Source of the DNA: Antedon mediterranea
Taxonomy: Eukaryota; Animalia; Echinodermata
Direction of reading: 5' to 3'
NCBI RefSeq assembly: GCF_964355755.1
Contig: NC_092675.1
Span: forward strand, 19,626,912 to 19,690,911
DNA: 64,000 nt
A model generated the notes under the pieces. It worked only from the letters and a program-made list of their open reading frames with translations. It was not told where the DNA came from and searched no databases. How positions within the stretch are numbered: the stretch's first letter is position 1; every line of letters starts with the position of its first letter. Positions 23,501-38,500 of the stretch are shown here, piece after piece. The position numbers and the translations under genes are program-made.

Positions 23501-26500
23501 TTGGTTTGTCAGGAACTCCACATGAAATGATTTCACATGTTGGTGGCAATGGTTTCCATCTTCCTGAACTTGAACACCTTGTGGATTTATCACCATGTAT
23601 TGAAAATCCTTCATTACATTCATAATGTGTAACTGATGTATAGGTAACTTCATCATAACGTATTCTTCCATGCTCTATTTCACGTGGTATTGGACACGTA
23701 ACTGGCTTGCATGTTGGAGCTGCTTCTGTCCAGACACCATTTTTGCTGCATGTGCGTTTGCTATGACCTATTAGATCATATCCATTCAAACAGTGGTATC
23801 GTGCAAGACTGTTGACTGTTAATAGATGGTCAGAAACACCTCCATTTTCTGGAGCATCAAGCCTTGAACAAGTTATTTTAATACATTTCACGTGTCCACG
23901 ACTCCAGTTAGAAGATTCCAGGCACACTTTTTTTTTTTTACCTTCGAACCTATAACCTATTTTACAAGAGTAAATAACAATACTTCTAAATGTCGTTCCA
24001 TTACGAATAGCAACAACATTTTTTGGTTTTGGTGGAAGTGAACAATCAATTAATCTGCATTGAGGTTGGGCACTGCTCCAGCGCTGTGAAGAACACATTG
24101 ATGATGATTCTCCAACCAACGTGTAATTTTCTTGACAAGAGTAATGACTATGTTTTGATCCATTTGGTAAAACTTCAACTCGCACAAATCCATTAGACGG
24201 AGCAGTAGGCTGCGGGCATGAACTCCGTCTGCACAGTACACGACCACCACTCCATTTTCCATTCCATCCACATATCTGTTGCCTGTTTCCTTGAAGTGTG
24301 TAACCCTGATTACATGTGTATACTAATTGATCAGTAAACAAGTAACTTCTTTTTACAGGTGTGTAATATCCATTTGGAAAGTTATCTGGTCGTGAACAAG
24401 TATTTGGTTTGCAACTCTGTGGTCCCACACTCCATGTACCATCATTTTGACATGTTGAAATGCTGTTTCCTATTTTATGAAGAAAAACAATTATCTTTCA
24501 CCATATATTATATGACAAAAATGTTTTATCTAATCTGAAAAGAAATTATCACATGTGTAAATTAATAATAAAAATACAAACTAACATTTATTTGAAATTT
24601 AATGCTCTTACACCAATAATATTCAATTTTAAAATTCATAATTCAAATTATAATATATTTTAATATAAACTTACCTATTAATGTAAAACCTGGTAGGCAG
24701 TAATAGGACACATTGCCATTTACAGTGAAATCACCATTTTCTAATACCATTGGCTGTCCACAGGTTACAGCTACACAAATTGGTTGCTCACCACTCCATT
24801 GTGAATTTTCCAAGCATCTTAACTCATTGCTGCCCTCAAGTTTAAATCCTTGTATGCAGGAGAATATTGCAACACTTCCAAATGTGTTATCATTATTTCG
24901 TATTAAGCCATTCTTAAGAATTTGTAAGTCTGGACAGGACACTTTCACACAGATTGGAATCAGAGGGTTCCATACACCATTAGATCTACAAATAATCCGT
25001 TCTGCTCCAATAAGTTGATAGCCAGCATTGCAACTGAAATTTACTTCACTACCGTATTTGAAACTTGCAGCGATGAACTGTCCATTTGGGAAGTTGGTGA
25101 TATTTGGACATGAGATAAGCTTACATGATGGCATGATCCCCTGCCACTTGCCAGAATGCGTGCACACAAATTTGTTCCAATCAACTATTTGATACCCATC
25201 CAAACAGTGAAACAACAAAGTTTGATTCTCCCTGAAATCCAATGCATCTGGAACACCATTTGGAATATTCGGAGAAGAACAAACAATATCGATACATTTA
25301 CCAGGCTCTCCAGACCATGACCCATCCTTTAGACAGGTTATAGTTGACAGACCTACTATCTTTTTACCTCTATCACAACTTAGGGTCAATGTGCTATTAA
25401 GAGTGAAGACGCCACCCTGACTGGTAATGATAGTGTTTGGAGGAAATACAGGTTTATCACACATAGCCAAGCAGACGGGTACATTTGAGCTCCATTTTCC
25501 ATTTGCTCCACATGTTATTGTTGAGTTCCCATTCATTAAATACCTATCCTCACAACTAAATGTCACAGTGCTTCCATATGTAAAATTCTGTCCATTCATA
25601 AAACCATGTATAGGAATAATAGGCCGTAGACAAGATACTATTTTGCATGATGGCAGCTCTCCGATCCATGCGCCATTGGATCCACATGTAAACACGGTCC
25701 CAGTTTTTAACGGTCTGTAGCCTTCTTTACAGAAATAATTCATTTGACTACCATAAGTATGTCCAGTGATGTAATGTGCTACTCTATCAGGTGGCATTGG
25801 TGGCTTTCCACAATCAATGATTCGACATGTTGGGATTGTGGCATTCCACTGCTTTTCAGCACCACATTGTATTGTACTCTCTCCGTCTAACCAATATCCT
25901 TCCTGACAAGTAAACAATATAATATCATTGTATTGGAATGAGTTGCCAACGATATTCATATAGTTTTGTTGTCGAGGTGGTGGACATTCAACTGGTGTAC
26001 ACCTTGGCATCGTATTACTCCAAGTACCATTAGCAAGACAACTGCGGTGTACATTTTCAGTGATTCGATAACCAGAATTGCATTCATATGTTATAGAATG
26101 CTGGAAAGAAAAATCTGATCCAATGATGTGTCCATGTTCAATCTCCTCTGGTGGAAGACAAGTTAGAGGAACACAATGTGGTGGGTCATTATCCCATGTG
26201 TCCATAGCAACACAAGATAACACTGCAACATCTTCTATATTGAAACCCTGGATGCATGTATATTGAACAATGTGATGAAAGAGGTATTCGGCTTTGATGG
26301 GACTGTATTCACTGTTTGGCACAGTTGGAACTGAAGAACATCGAATTCTTCGACAATGTGGAACACTACCGTTAAATCTTAAATCTGCTTCACAAGTTAA
26401 AACTGGTTCTCCAATCAGCTCAAATTCCCGATCACAGAAATAAGTCACATGATCACCAATTTTAACAGGGTCTGTGTTCTGCTTTCTATAACCATTTGAA

Positions 26501-29500
26501 ATTACTGATGGTTTACAGGTCAAAGGCCGACATCTCGGCATTCTAGACCAGTGGCCATTGCGCTGACATGACACTGTGTTTTGTCCCTCTAACATGTAGT
26601 GCTGGTTGCAAGACACGTTGAAGGTAGATCCTTGTCTATTCTGTGTTTGGCTAATAAAATTCACCTGACCGTTTGATATTGTTGGAACCTTGTTGCATAG
26701 GATTTCTTAAAAGAAAAATAAATTTAACAACTTCATTAAAGAAACCAGTGAAATATAATTTTAAATAATTAAATCAAATGTTGATGTTGATTTTGTTCCA
26801 AATTGATTGGTCTTCTGGCTTACCCTAATCCAGAACCTTGTTGCATAGGATTTCTTGACAGAAAAATAACTTCATTAAAGAAACCAGTTAAATACAATTT
26901 TAAATAATTAAATAAAAAATGTTGATTTTGTTCCAAATTGATTGGTCTTACCCTAATACAGAAGAAAATCCACTTATATATTTCAATTTATTGTTCATTT
27001 AAATTACCTAAACACTGAGGAGGTGGAATATCCCATTCACCGTCTTCTGAACATCGCCGTGTGTCTGCACCATCTAATTTGAAACCATCATAACACTGAT
27101 ACTTGATTGTGTCATTGAAATCAAAGTTATCCCCAATGAAATCACCATCATCTATGAATCCAGGATGTCCACAGAATTTTTCTACAAAAAAAATATGAAA
27201 ATTTAGAGGTAATTATTGGTAGTAAGAAGCATTACAGACTAGAGATTGTCTCAAGGCACTAAAGTTAACTAGATTCCCCTAAGAAACATGTCATGGCAGC
27301 CACTATGAGCACTTTCATTAATCCATGTTATTGGACTGCACTGCAAGACCAAAATCAGAGTAAACACCACCTCTTTTTTGCTGAAATCCTTTCAAATCAG
27401 AGACTATCAGCAGAAGTGATGGTAAATAGGCATAAACTAGCTTTGTTCAAGACAATTTTTTTTCCTATTGTGCAAAAAAGACTCCTCCTCCCATCCCTAT
27501 AAAATATCTTTACTTCAAACTTTTGTACTGAACTAAACTTACTGGAACATCTTGGAAGTTTTTGGAACAGCCAATGACCATAGACTTTACATGATGCTTC
27601 AGGGATTCCAACCATTATATAACCAGCATTACAGCTGTATGTAATCGTTTGTAGAGCAGTTGATGGTAGGTAGCCTGACACTGAACCATGATCAATCTCA
27701 ACAGGCTTAGGACAACCTTAAAATACAATTTAAAAAAGTAAGTATTGATCATAAGTTTCAGTTATTTACCTTAATTGATATGACTGAATGAATATCTTCT
27801 TCTTTTTAACTTATAAAGAACGTATTTGTCTATTTCGTTTATTCACAAACCTGAACAAAAATGATTGGGTATAGATTTGACACGGCCATACATGCCTTTC
27901 TTGACATCAGGCCATGCAATCACATTGCCACGAACGTTGCCACGAGCCTGCTCGCACGTTTTTGATAATGAGGCGATTTCACGTGCACTAAATGCATAAT
28001 CCCAAACATTCAGATGACTAATATTTCCAATGAATGCTTCACGAGAACTGAATCCACCACCTAAGGTGTCTTGTTCCTGACCAATCACAAACACACCACC
28101 ACCTGTATTTCAGAAAGGTAAATATTTAAATATATTTTTTTATGGTGATTATCTTAAAAGTGTAAAAAATCCTATTATACTATACTATATAGATTTATAA
28201 AGCGCTTTTCCAAAAAAAAGACCAAAGCGCTGTACATTAATTAGAGCAGTATACAAGGACAAATCTAAATTATTCCTTTGGGAAAAGAAAACTTTTTAAC
28301 AATTTTTTAAAACATTGTACACTTGGAGCTATAATAGGTAAATTATTCCATAACTTAGGTCCAATGACAGAAAATGATTTATCATCAAATAGTCTACTAG
28401 TTTTAAGAACAGCAAGACGAGTAATATCTCGTGTATATCTGAGTCTCTGGCGACTTCTGAATTAGTTAATGTTAGACGGGTGCTGAACCATTGATGCAGT
28501 TATATACTTGTACCAAGATCTTAAATTCAATCCTTTGTGAAGTGCAGTATTTCATTTTTATAATACTGAACTCAATATTTGCAAGATTTGAAAATGTCAT
28601 TTTAGAAATTTGATCAAAATATTTTGTGTGATTTGGTTCAATATTAACAAAAACAGTTTTGTAATACTTTCAGACTCTCACCTGGGATAATATCGTTGAC
28701 TGCAAGAGGTACAGTTAGTTGCTGAATTACTTCATCTCCATCTGAATACAGGTGCCATTCTCCACCAATACTGCTCCAAGTGAGAGCCATGTGATGCCAT
28801 ATGCCATCGTTAGTCTGTAAGTCAGTTATTACTGTTGTATTACGCACCTTTATTACCCACCTGCAATGTCAGTGCAAGACAAATTTTGCCATAATATTTA
28901 AAACCTTAACTGTTAACTGTCTATTGCAATTATATGTAACACAAGATTAGAATTGAGTCAAATATAAAAAATAGAGTAAAATTCAAGAAGAATAAATATG
29001 TAACGTTTAAAATATTGAAAATGTCTGTCACAGTCTAAAGTAGCTTAAAGATTTTTACTCATTATACCCTGTATTTTAAATTGTCTGTCTTTAAAGAGCC
29101 CTTCCAGCCAAGTGGTTTAACTTAGGAGCCCTAATTGATAAAATTACAATCAAGTCTGCATTCTTGTTATCTAAAACTCTCAGTTAAAGAAATTCTTGTC
29201 ACACAAGATAAATTAAAATGTTCATTCATTGTGTCTTGTAGAAACAGCCACCTACAGTACAGTGAATCTTCACCGTTTATACTCAGCACTTACCCAGTGT
29301 AATCCATCAAAACAAGATCATCAAACGAGTCCTGATCAACAGTGTAGGAGATTGCAGTGCCCCAATTTTCAGTGTCTGAAGTACGCATCCAAAATGCAAC
29401 AGTTATGGCATGCAAATCGGGAATTCCATCAAGCAGTATATAGTCTGTTGTACCAGTGTATTCAAAAGATAAACTGAAGTTGGAAGGTAATTCTAAAAAA

Positions 29501-32500
29501 AAAGATTTAACTTATTAAATTATTTGACATGTGCAGGTACTCAAATTATTTGATATAAGATTGATATAATTGTTTTAAAACAAATTATTAGTATTTTTGG
29601 TGCTTATTTGTGGTTCAATGGTTCTGGTTCACTTTTGGTTTAACTTGGTTTGGTACTAAAGTTAAACAGACATGAACTGGTTTAACTCTGGTTTGCTCAA
29701 ATATCATCATTTTTGTCTTTTCCATTATAACATTGTAGGTAGGCCCAGAAGAAACCTTACTTTGCTTTATTATGGAAACAATAGTATGGACACAATATAT
29801 ATGTCATGGTTCCTGGAATCCTAGGTTGCACATAAGATAATAATTCACTTTTACATGACAAACATGTTTTCTTACCAATGTCACAAACTTTACCCCCATA
29901 GCCTGGACGACATAAACACTTAAAATCATTGATAAGATCTTGACATGTGGCACCACTAACACAAGGTTCATGCTGACAATCATTTGTGTTGATCTCACAA
30001 CGGTCACCCTCTAAACCATTCAAACAGGTACAGCTTGTATGGAAAAAATATAAAGTTATTCTGAGTGTACAGGTATGTTCTTATTGCATTTCAAAGAAAG
30101 TAATATTTTCTTTGTGATATATATTTTCTTTGTGATATATTCGGGCACTGAATGCTTGTCAGTATACTGTACAAGAGTGATGTGTTTTTGTTTGTTTTTT
30201 ATTTAAAATTATTATTTTGTACATTTCTATATTATTTAGTGTTTAAATATACATTACACTGCAGGGTAGACCATGGTATAGAAAGTAAGATTACCTGAAT
30301 CCATTCACTTGATTGATACAAGTGCCTCCATATTCACATGGAGTGCTGTCACATTCATTAATTTCTAACCCACACCGATCACCAAAATAACCATCAGGAC
30401 AAAGACATCTAAAACCACCGATTTCATCACTACATCTACCGCTATTGGCACAAGGAGATGATAAGCATTCATTCACTTCAATCTCACAATTTAAGCCTGG
30501 AAAATAGTAATAAACTTGGTGGTTAACATGCTTTTTTTTTGCTTTTTTTAATCTTTATTTAATAAATACATTATTTTCCTTAAAATAACTTTTGACACTT
30601 TCAAATTGGCAATTCCATTTATAGATATAGGTTATCTAATAGATAATACTATTTTTGGGAAATGTTAAAACCACATAAAAAAGTACCAAAGTTAACATGC
30701 TTGTCTCCAATCCTGACCTAGTGCCAGGATTAAACTCACCATTCTTTCTACTCTACTCCCTAAGCTTCAAATCAAACTTGTAGTTTAGTTACTTGCTGTT
30801 GGATTTACAAACATTTTTAATCAATTAACATAAATAAAGTCATAAGCATTATTTAATATATATGTTGACACTTTGGAATAATTATATTATTAGTATTAAA
30901 GGTTGAATTCATCAAAAGATACCTGTATACGCCTCTGGACAATCACAATAGTAATTGTTGATGTCATCAGTGCATCTGCCTTGGTTTTGACATGGGTTTG
31001 ACTGGCATTCGTTTATATCCTCATCGCAAAGGACACCTGTTTATTGGTTATTAAACAATATCATTTTTTTTATCTATTAATTTTTTTTGCAACATATTTT
31101 TCCACTGTGATGAGTAGAAGTTTCTAAAAAAAAATGCACAAGATAGATAGCGACTGCTAAAAAAAATGATGTACAACATTACAACATTAAAAATAACAAA
31201 AGCAGATTTTCCAGGGTTCAGTACTCCTGGCTGCATTATTTTTTTTCCTATTAGGTTAAGGCAGAAACTATACAGGGCATGCATATATCATGACTATTCA
31301 TGATGCATGCTCATGACGTCATACTGTTAAAACACACTTGAGTGTCTGATGCACATCGGAGCTACTTTAATGTACTCTTTTTCTCTCGACGTTGTTAAAG
31401 ACACTAGACCTGCAATTGTTGAGGTTTTTAAAAAATAATGCCTTGGTTCTGTCATTGTACCAGTATGCCTAAGCAGTGTCAATTTGAATTGAGTTTACCT
31501 TGATATCCTGGTTCACAAGTGCAGTTAAACACATCAATTCCATCATGACATGTTCCATTATTCATGCAGACTACACCATCACATTCATTTACATCTACCT
31601 GACAATGCGCACCTACAGATAAAGCGTATACATTATTCATTGTTTAAAACATCAAAATATGGCACTGTAGATTGGAAAATAACATGCATGCTTAGTTAGT
31701 TTCTGGATTTCTCAAACTTTACTAATACAGTCAATTTTAGGCATTTAAAATCATTCCTAAAATCATTTAAACATAAACTTTCTAAAAGCTTTTAAATATT
31801 TATTTATATACTGTACATAATATTGTAAAAGCATTGTTGAAATTGTATTTTTTTTTTTTTTTGTGCCAGCCCCCAGGGAAGAACCACCATGTGTTGATCT
31901 GGCCTCCATGGCTAAATATAGTTGAATTGAATTAATTTAGCACAGTCACTTTTAGTTGCATTTATCGATTTTTTCTGCATAGATAATTACTTGCAAAATC
32001 TACCAAGTTCCATTAAATACCATTAAGAATACCAAGGTTCAGCCATGGTTATCTTAAGATATTTTATGTGTGTAAAGCTCTTGAAACATTGTATTAGGCG
32101 CTATAAGACTACCATTATTATTATTATTAGAAGATGTCATACCTTCAAATCCAGAGCGACAAAGGCACACATATCCTCCATCATTCTTTTGGCAGGTTCC
32201 ATCATGTTTACATGGTTGTTTGAAGCACTCGTTAAATACTATTCTTGGTACAACATTAATATTTGGCTTTTGAGCTACTTGTTTCTCAACTGAAAAAAAA
32301 AGTTTTATTTATGTTCAAATGTAACTAATTCTAAAAAATAAATTAGTTGGCTTGTTCCAATGAGTTATTTTGCCCTATCAAATGAGTTTCTATTAATTTG
32401 TTTTAACAAAAAATATTGTTTAACTTTTATCCTCACCATGCAGTAAGCTGCCTTTTATTTGTCTAATATTTTGAAAAGAATAATATTATTTGAAACATAC

Positions 32501-35500
32501 CATTGCAATCTTCCAACAATTGTGATCCAACTGAACCTGTAGTAGACCCTGCTGGGCACTTATCACAGTATTGTTGTCCCACTTCTGACTGGTAATACCC
32601 TTCTGGACAGGGGTAGCAGGGAGATAACCCAGTGTCCGAAACAAACCCAGGCTGGCATTGTGCTGAAAATAATACATAGGCATAACTTTTATTGTTATGG
32701 TATATTGTATTTTTGAACAAATATATTCTGTAAATATAAGTAACATTTATTTTCAATTATGCTTACATATACAGTTCAAATGAGAAACAGCACCAGTAGA
32801 TGCAGTTGTGGTGTTATATGGACAAGGCTGACAATCTGTACTATTGGCATTGGGTTGATAGGATCCTTGGCCACAGCTCTCGCACTGTTCTAAGCCAGTG
32901 TTGGAACATGTTCCTGGTGGGCAAATGTCTATCAGAGGAGAAAGAAGTTTTATGTAGATAAGTAAGTATAAACGATCACAATGTTTCTTTCTAAGCACTG
33001 TAAGTATGGTAAAGAGTGCTTCATACATTTTCAGATAATGATTATTATCATAATTACTATACTTTGATCAATAAATAAAATGTATCATCTGAGGTATCAA
33101 AATAAAAAATTATGGCCTTTTCTCTATACATGTGATGAGATGTGGTTGATAGTGAATACCATTGCTCCCTGTTGATATTTTAGTATTAAGGCTTAAAAAC
33201 CCACCTTTGCAATCATCTTGATTTTTAGATCTTTTATATAAAGTTGACGAGTTCGTTGGACATTCTTGACATTCCATTGAGCCCTCTACAGTCTGGTAAG
33301 TTCCAATCTGACATTTGACACACTTACCATTCTTATAGTATGTGCCCTTTGCACAATTCACTAAAACAAAGTGGTGTTTCAAATTGTAGTTATTTATGTG
33401 TATAAAACATCACATTCACGTTTTCCATTTTAGTATACGACTCAGCAACAAAATTAAACAAAACATTAAGATGCATTAAAATACCAAGAACATACTGTAC
33501 AGGGAGGAATCATTGGTTTACCAAATGCTTGTTTTGGCCTCACAACATACTCAATCTACAGAACTGTTTTGGCACCTTTAGTATGTAAAATTTAAAATTA
33601 TTATTTGAAATTAAAGCTACAGTATTTTTTACCACATTTATTGCCTTCTTTTAGCACTGTTCCCTCTGGACATGTCCCCTTCACATGTTCAAAAGTTGCT
33701 TGTCCACTGCCTTGTGTTACATTCAAAACATCAGCAGTTATTTCAAAGTTCAACAGTGTTTTTATACTGTCTAGTGCATTTGCCAGGTTCTGAAATTCAT
33801 CAGGTTCACCAATCTCACTATCAGAGGTAAAGGATGTTGCCTGATTGGCTAAAAATAAATATGTGTACTTTAGTAAATTTTGCAGAAAGATTTTTTGGGG
33901 TTTTCTACTTTTCCCATATTAATGTGACTATTATTTTTATTATTAACCGAGCCCTGTATACTTTGTGAACTGTTTCATACTGTTTATGTAAAAATGAATA
34001 ATAAGTACAGTTACCATTAATGATTATTTCAACTATAACTTCTGGTTCTAATTGTGAAACATTTGTGTTGTGTATATTCAGATTTTGATCAAAAGTTCTG
34101 ACATTCCCATCCTCTTGTTCAACACTTCGTTTTCTTACAAAATGTGAATCATCTGCAAACATATTAAATACATAATATAATAAATAATGTGAATTGTAAC
34201 TAAATAAATAAGGTTACTAAATAAGCTTCCATGATGTACAATATGTGCGTTTCCCATTTGAATCCCAATCTATACTGTAATAACACATGGCCAAATTTAT
34301 TTTATTGGCATATGGTGTAAGTGCCCTATGTTTTCAAGTAATTTATCTACACCCATGTACTGCTTAGATTTCTAAGTTTTGCTGTTAAGACAACATTATG
34401 TTTCGCTTTTACTAAAGTACCATAGTGGCCTGTACACTATTGAATAAAAATAATTATACCTTGATCTTTGCAATTAGCCTCTATATAAGAGACAATACAT
34501 TTATATCTCTGACCGCAGAGCTTGTTTAACTACAATAAAGAAATGTAGATAAATAGGGTTATTAAAATATTACATTAGTATTAACACATAATAAACCTCT
34601 TAATCAATTTAATGCCAAAATGATACATGTTAATTATTTATTACAAACCTGTACGTCAATGCTTGTACTTATTTTGTCTCTAATCTGTTCAATGCTTTCT
34701 TCATTACACTTTGACAAGGAATATTTCACCTTTACTGGCAACTGTACACTCTTTATGTACTTATACTCTATAGGAGAAAAAAGAGCAGGATTTAATGTAT
34801 TTTAGTTACGTATGACACTTTGCAAAATTATACTTCTATACTAATTCGTATTGAATTTTTTTTTTTGTGTTGCTGTTATAGTAATAGACTCACCATATCT
34901 GTACAATACATTGCTATGATTTAATCACTCATTTATTACGTTAAATAGCAAAAGAAAAATACAACAATTAGATGATCAGAAAAAGTACCTGAACAGTCCG
35001 GCCAAGGCATAGAATCTTCTGGACTCCAGACTCCATCTGGTGAGCAGGAGTACACTGGATGTGGCGTGATGGCAAAACTGAATCCATCTTTACACGCTAT
35101 TGTACAATTTAAAGTTTGTCCGTGCTGGTTACAGTCTGTATGTCCAGCATATGGACTCTGAGGAACCTTACATGCACTTTCTATAAATTAAACCGAAAAT
35201 ATAGAAATAATTTAGTTTGTCTTTCTGTTGAACATTTTTATTTTTGTCTGTTCACAAATAAGATAACAAAAACTGTCTACTTTTAAGGTAAAATGTCTTT
35301 TTAGTTACTCTAATTTTTATAATTAAGCCTAGTTTGGGTTTCTTGTGTTTTGTAGTTGCCTTTTTCCTCTCCCGTAGGTCTCTTATATTGTCAATCAAGT
35401 TGGCAAAATTGCCAGTTGTTATTTTAATAAAACTGTAAAATGTTCAGAGTTTATCCAAAATAAAAATGTGAATTTGTTTTTTACCTTGAACTTCAATAAT

Positions 35501-38500
35501 AATATCACAAGTCTTGGTGTTTCCAGAATGGTCTGCAGCCCTGTACTTTACCACTGTTGTACCCCAGGGGAACTGGTCCCCTGGTCTATGTGAAGACACT
35601 ATTTCAGGCTTCAATCCTGAATTGTCTGAAAACTTTGGTTCTTTCCATGTTATACTTGTCATTGGTTTTGGGGACAGAATTGGAGGTGGAGAACCACACT
35701 TGACAACTATCGGTCTCTCAATATCTGTAATCAGAAATATTTTAGATGAACAAGCACTTTCTTACAAATTTTGTAGAAAGAGGTATAATATTTAGTATGT
35801 TACATAACTTTTGTTACTTGGAATGTATATTGTTATAACTAGATTTTTTAAATGGCATATTCACTAAGTATTTTACATCCTTTTCAGCAAAGTCCAGTAT
35901 GATTGGTTATCTCTGAAATTAATATTTAATAATCAGTAATTTTTTCGCCAACAATTGATAACAATGTATCAAAATAGTGTAATATTTTAGGTTGTGATGG
36001 TGGAAGATGGTTAATTTTCTGGTTGATTTTGTTCTTTGTTTTGTATGTTTTGTTTATTTATTTTATTCAATTTTCAGGCACAAAAATACATGACAAGACA
36101 GCGGTGCAGCACCCTGAGGATTGCCATGAGTGCAAAGCACTATCGAGATGGCTCTCCATATACTGCACTTGAACATATAAGTAAACAATAAAAATACAAA
36201 GATATAAAAATTTAAAAATTGCGAGGCATCAAATTGAACAATCGTTAAAATTGAATCTAAAAAATATATAAATATAAATATTATGTACAGATAAAAATGA
36301 TTGTTTAAAGATAAAAAAAAATAAAAAGTTTAAAGTTGCCTGACATAAGACCGGATATGCTATCGGAAATAAAAGAAATGAATGAATGAAATCATAGTTG
36401 CTGTAGACAATGTCTTATATAAATAAGTTTTTTTTTAAACAGTCTACTTACCTTTTACATACACTATAAAAGAACAATGGGCTGTGTTCCCTGCTCTATC
36501 ACGAGCCTCGTACGTTATATTATTTTTACCAATAGTAAAGATGTAGGGCGGTAGTGTTCTGTAAAGGACTGATATTGTAACATTGTTGGAATTATCGCTA
36601 GCTCTTGGCACACGCCATCTACGCTGTGACACTTCTGCCTTGTTGGTATGCAGCTGAGCTTCTAGGTATATATCATGTGGACAAGTAATATCTGGTGAAG
36701 TGATATCTGCAGAGATAAATTCAACAACATAGTATTTAAATAAACCTTAAATAGTCACTAATTGTTTGAAACTATGCTAGTCAAGTCAAGTTAATTTTTT
36801 TAAGTTACAGAATAATACCTGACAGATTGTAAATAATGTACACATTGTTTGTTGTAACATTTCTCCTGAAGCCTATGTGGACTTTACTTTTGATTTAGTG
36901 TATAGTTACTGTACAATGGATTTGCTTTATTTCTAAACAATTTAGGCATTCCATAGACAGTTATGAAAAAAAGTTTAAACAAATGTAATTTTCATTTTTA
37001 GAGTAGAAAAACCAAATAATTGTACCAGGAACTAGAAAACAAAATATATATTTAACAACATTATTTTTCTGTAGTTAGATTTTTGAATGAATCTTCTGCA
37101 CATATTCACTTAAAACTTTTTTTTTTAAATCGTTTAATTTAACAAACTACACTAATTTGTTTGTCTCCTGTGTTTCTGTTAGTCTCTAGACATCAATATA
37201 CTCACCGCATCTGTACAATATATTGTTATGATTTAATCACTAGAAAAATCTTTTAATTTAACAAACCTCTACAAGGATTGAGTAGGTCAAATTTTCTGTC
37301 CCATTGCCCAGAATCCAAGCATCTATAAGAGGGGTTTCCAATGACCTCATACCCTTGATTGCAGCTGAATACGCACTCTTGGCCTATACTATTCGTTTCC
37401 TTCGTACATGATGCTGGTGAAAAACTGCCGAGGGGTGATTTCAGCTTAGGTTTGCATGTTACAGCTTTTTTTGGAAATAAACACATTAATGTTGAAATCA
37501 ATTTATCTGGTTTTGTGAAATAAGTTTTACAAGAATACTTAAAAATTACATTATCTAGAGTATATACAGTATGTATAATTTGGAGATAATTAACAATTTT
37601 AAAACAATCAATATGTAATTGTAATTAAAGTATATGGGTAAAATTTCTTCTGGAGATATATCAAGCAATTTTAACTTGTTAAATTACATACGTTTACAGA
37701 TTGGATTCAGACCATCCCACTTTGCTATTGGAAGACACACTCGGCTAACAGAGCCAAGTAGCTTGTAGCCTTGGTCGCAGGTTGTGTTGCACACTGTATC
37801 AAAAGCATAATCTTCTCGGCTACACTGTATCTCACTATTTTCTGGTGTTGGAAACATTTCACATTTTTTTACTGAAACAGAACAAATTTGATTTAATACT
37901 GACTGATTCACACTTAAATTATGGTTGTTTCTTCATTGTAGATTAGCTGTTTTAGCTACCCAGGAATAATATTATAAACCAGTAGAATTTGCCTAAAATA
38001 TTGGGTTTTCTTTTGTAGCTTATTATGTAGCTTAAGCTCTGTCTACTGTATCACACTTTATGTGAAAACGAAAACTAGTTTGATAGTGTAGACAGAGCTT
38101 TTAGATTATTTGTTTTTAGTCTTGTAACAAATACTATGCAAGGTTTGAGTGAAGGAGGAGGAGTGAGATAATAAATAGACCACAACATTCATTTAAACTA
38201 CATTTAGCTATTGTAAAAGGAAAGATTTTGTTGGTATTTTTATTCTAATAAAATGATCAATCACCATTAGTAAAGTAATTAAAGGTTATCACGATTATGA
38301 AGTAAGATGAACTGAAAGGTGTGTGTTTATTATCTTTGGAATGTTTTGTACATAATTATATCAATATATAGATAGTACACAATAAAGAGCACTAACCCGC
38401 CCTACCTTTGGATGTACGGTATTTATGTCAACAATTTAGCTACTAATTTATAGCATTGTTGCTTAAATTATGTGAGTAGAAACAGTAGATAGTAGGTAGT

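Noticed and set aside
22620-26266. Plus-strand and alternative-frame ORFs over the big SVEP1 exons
   Set aside because: Shadow ORFs of the Cys/Trp-patterned CCP coding strand.
36101-36170. CTGAGGA as a hammerhead core
   Set aside because: No helix II followed by GAAA-NUH; it looks like a LINE 3' stem-loop. The minus-strand CTGAGGA near 49716-49722 also lacks a paired helix II.
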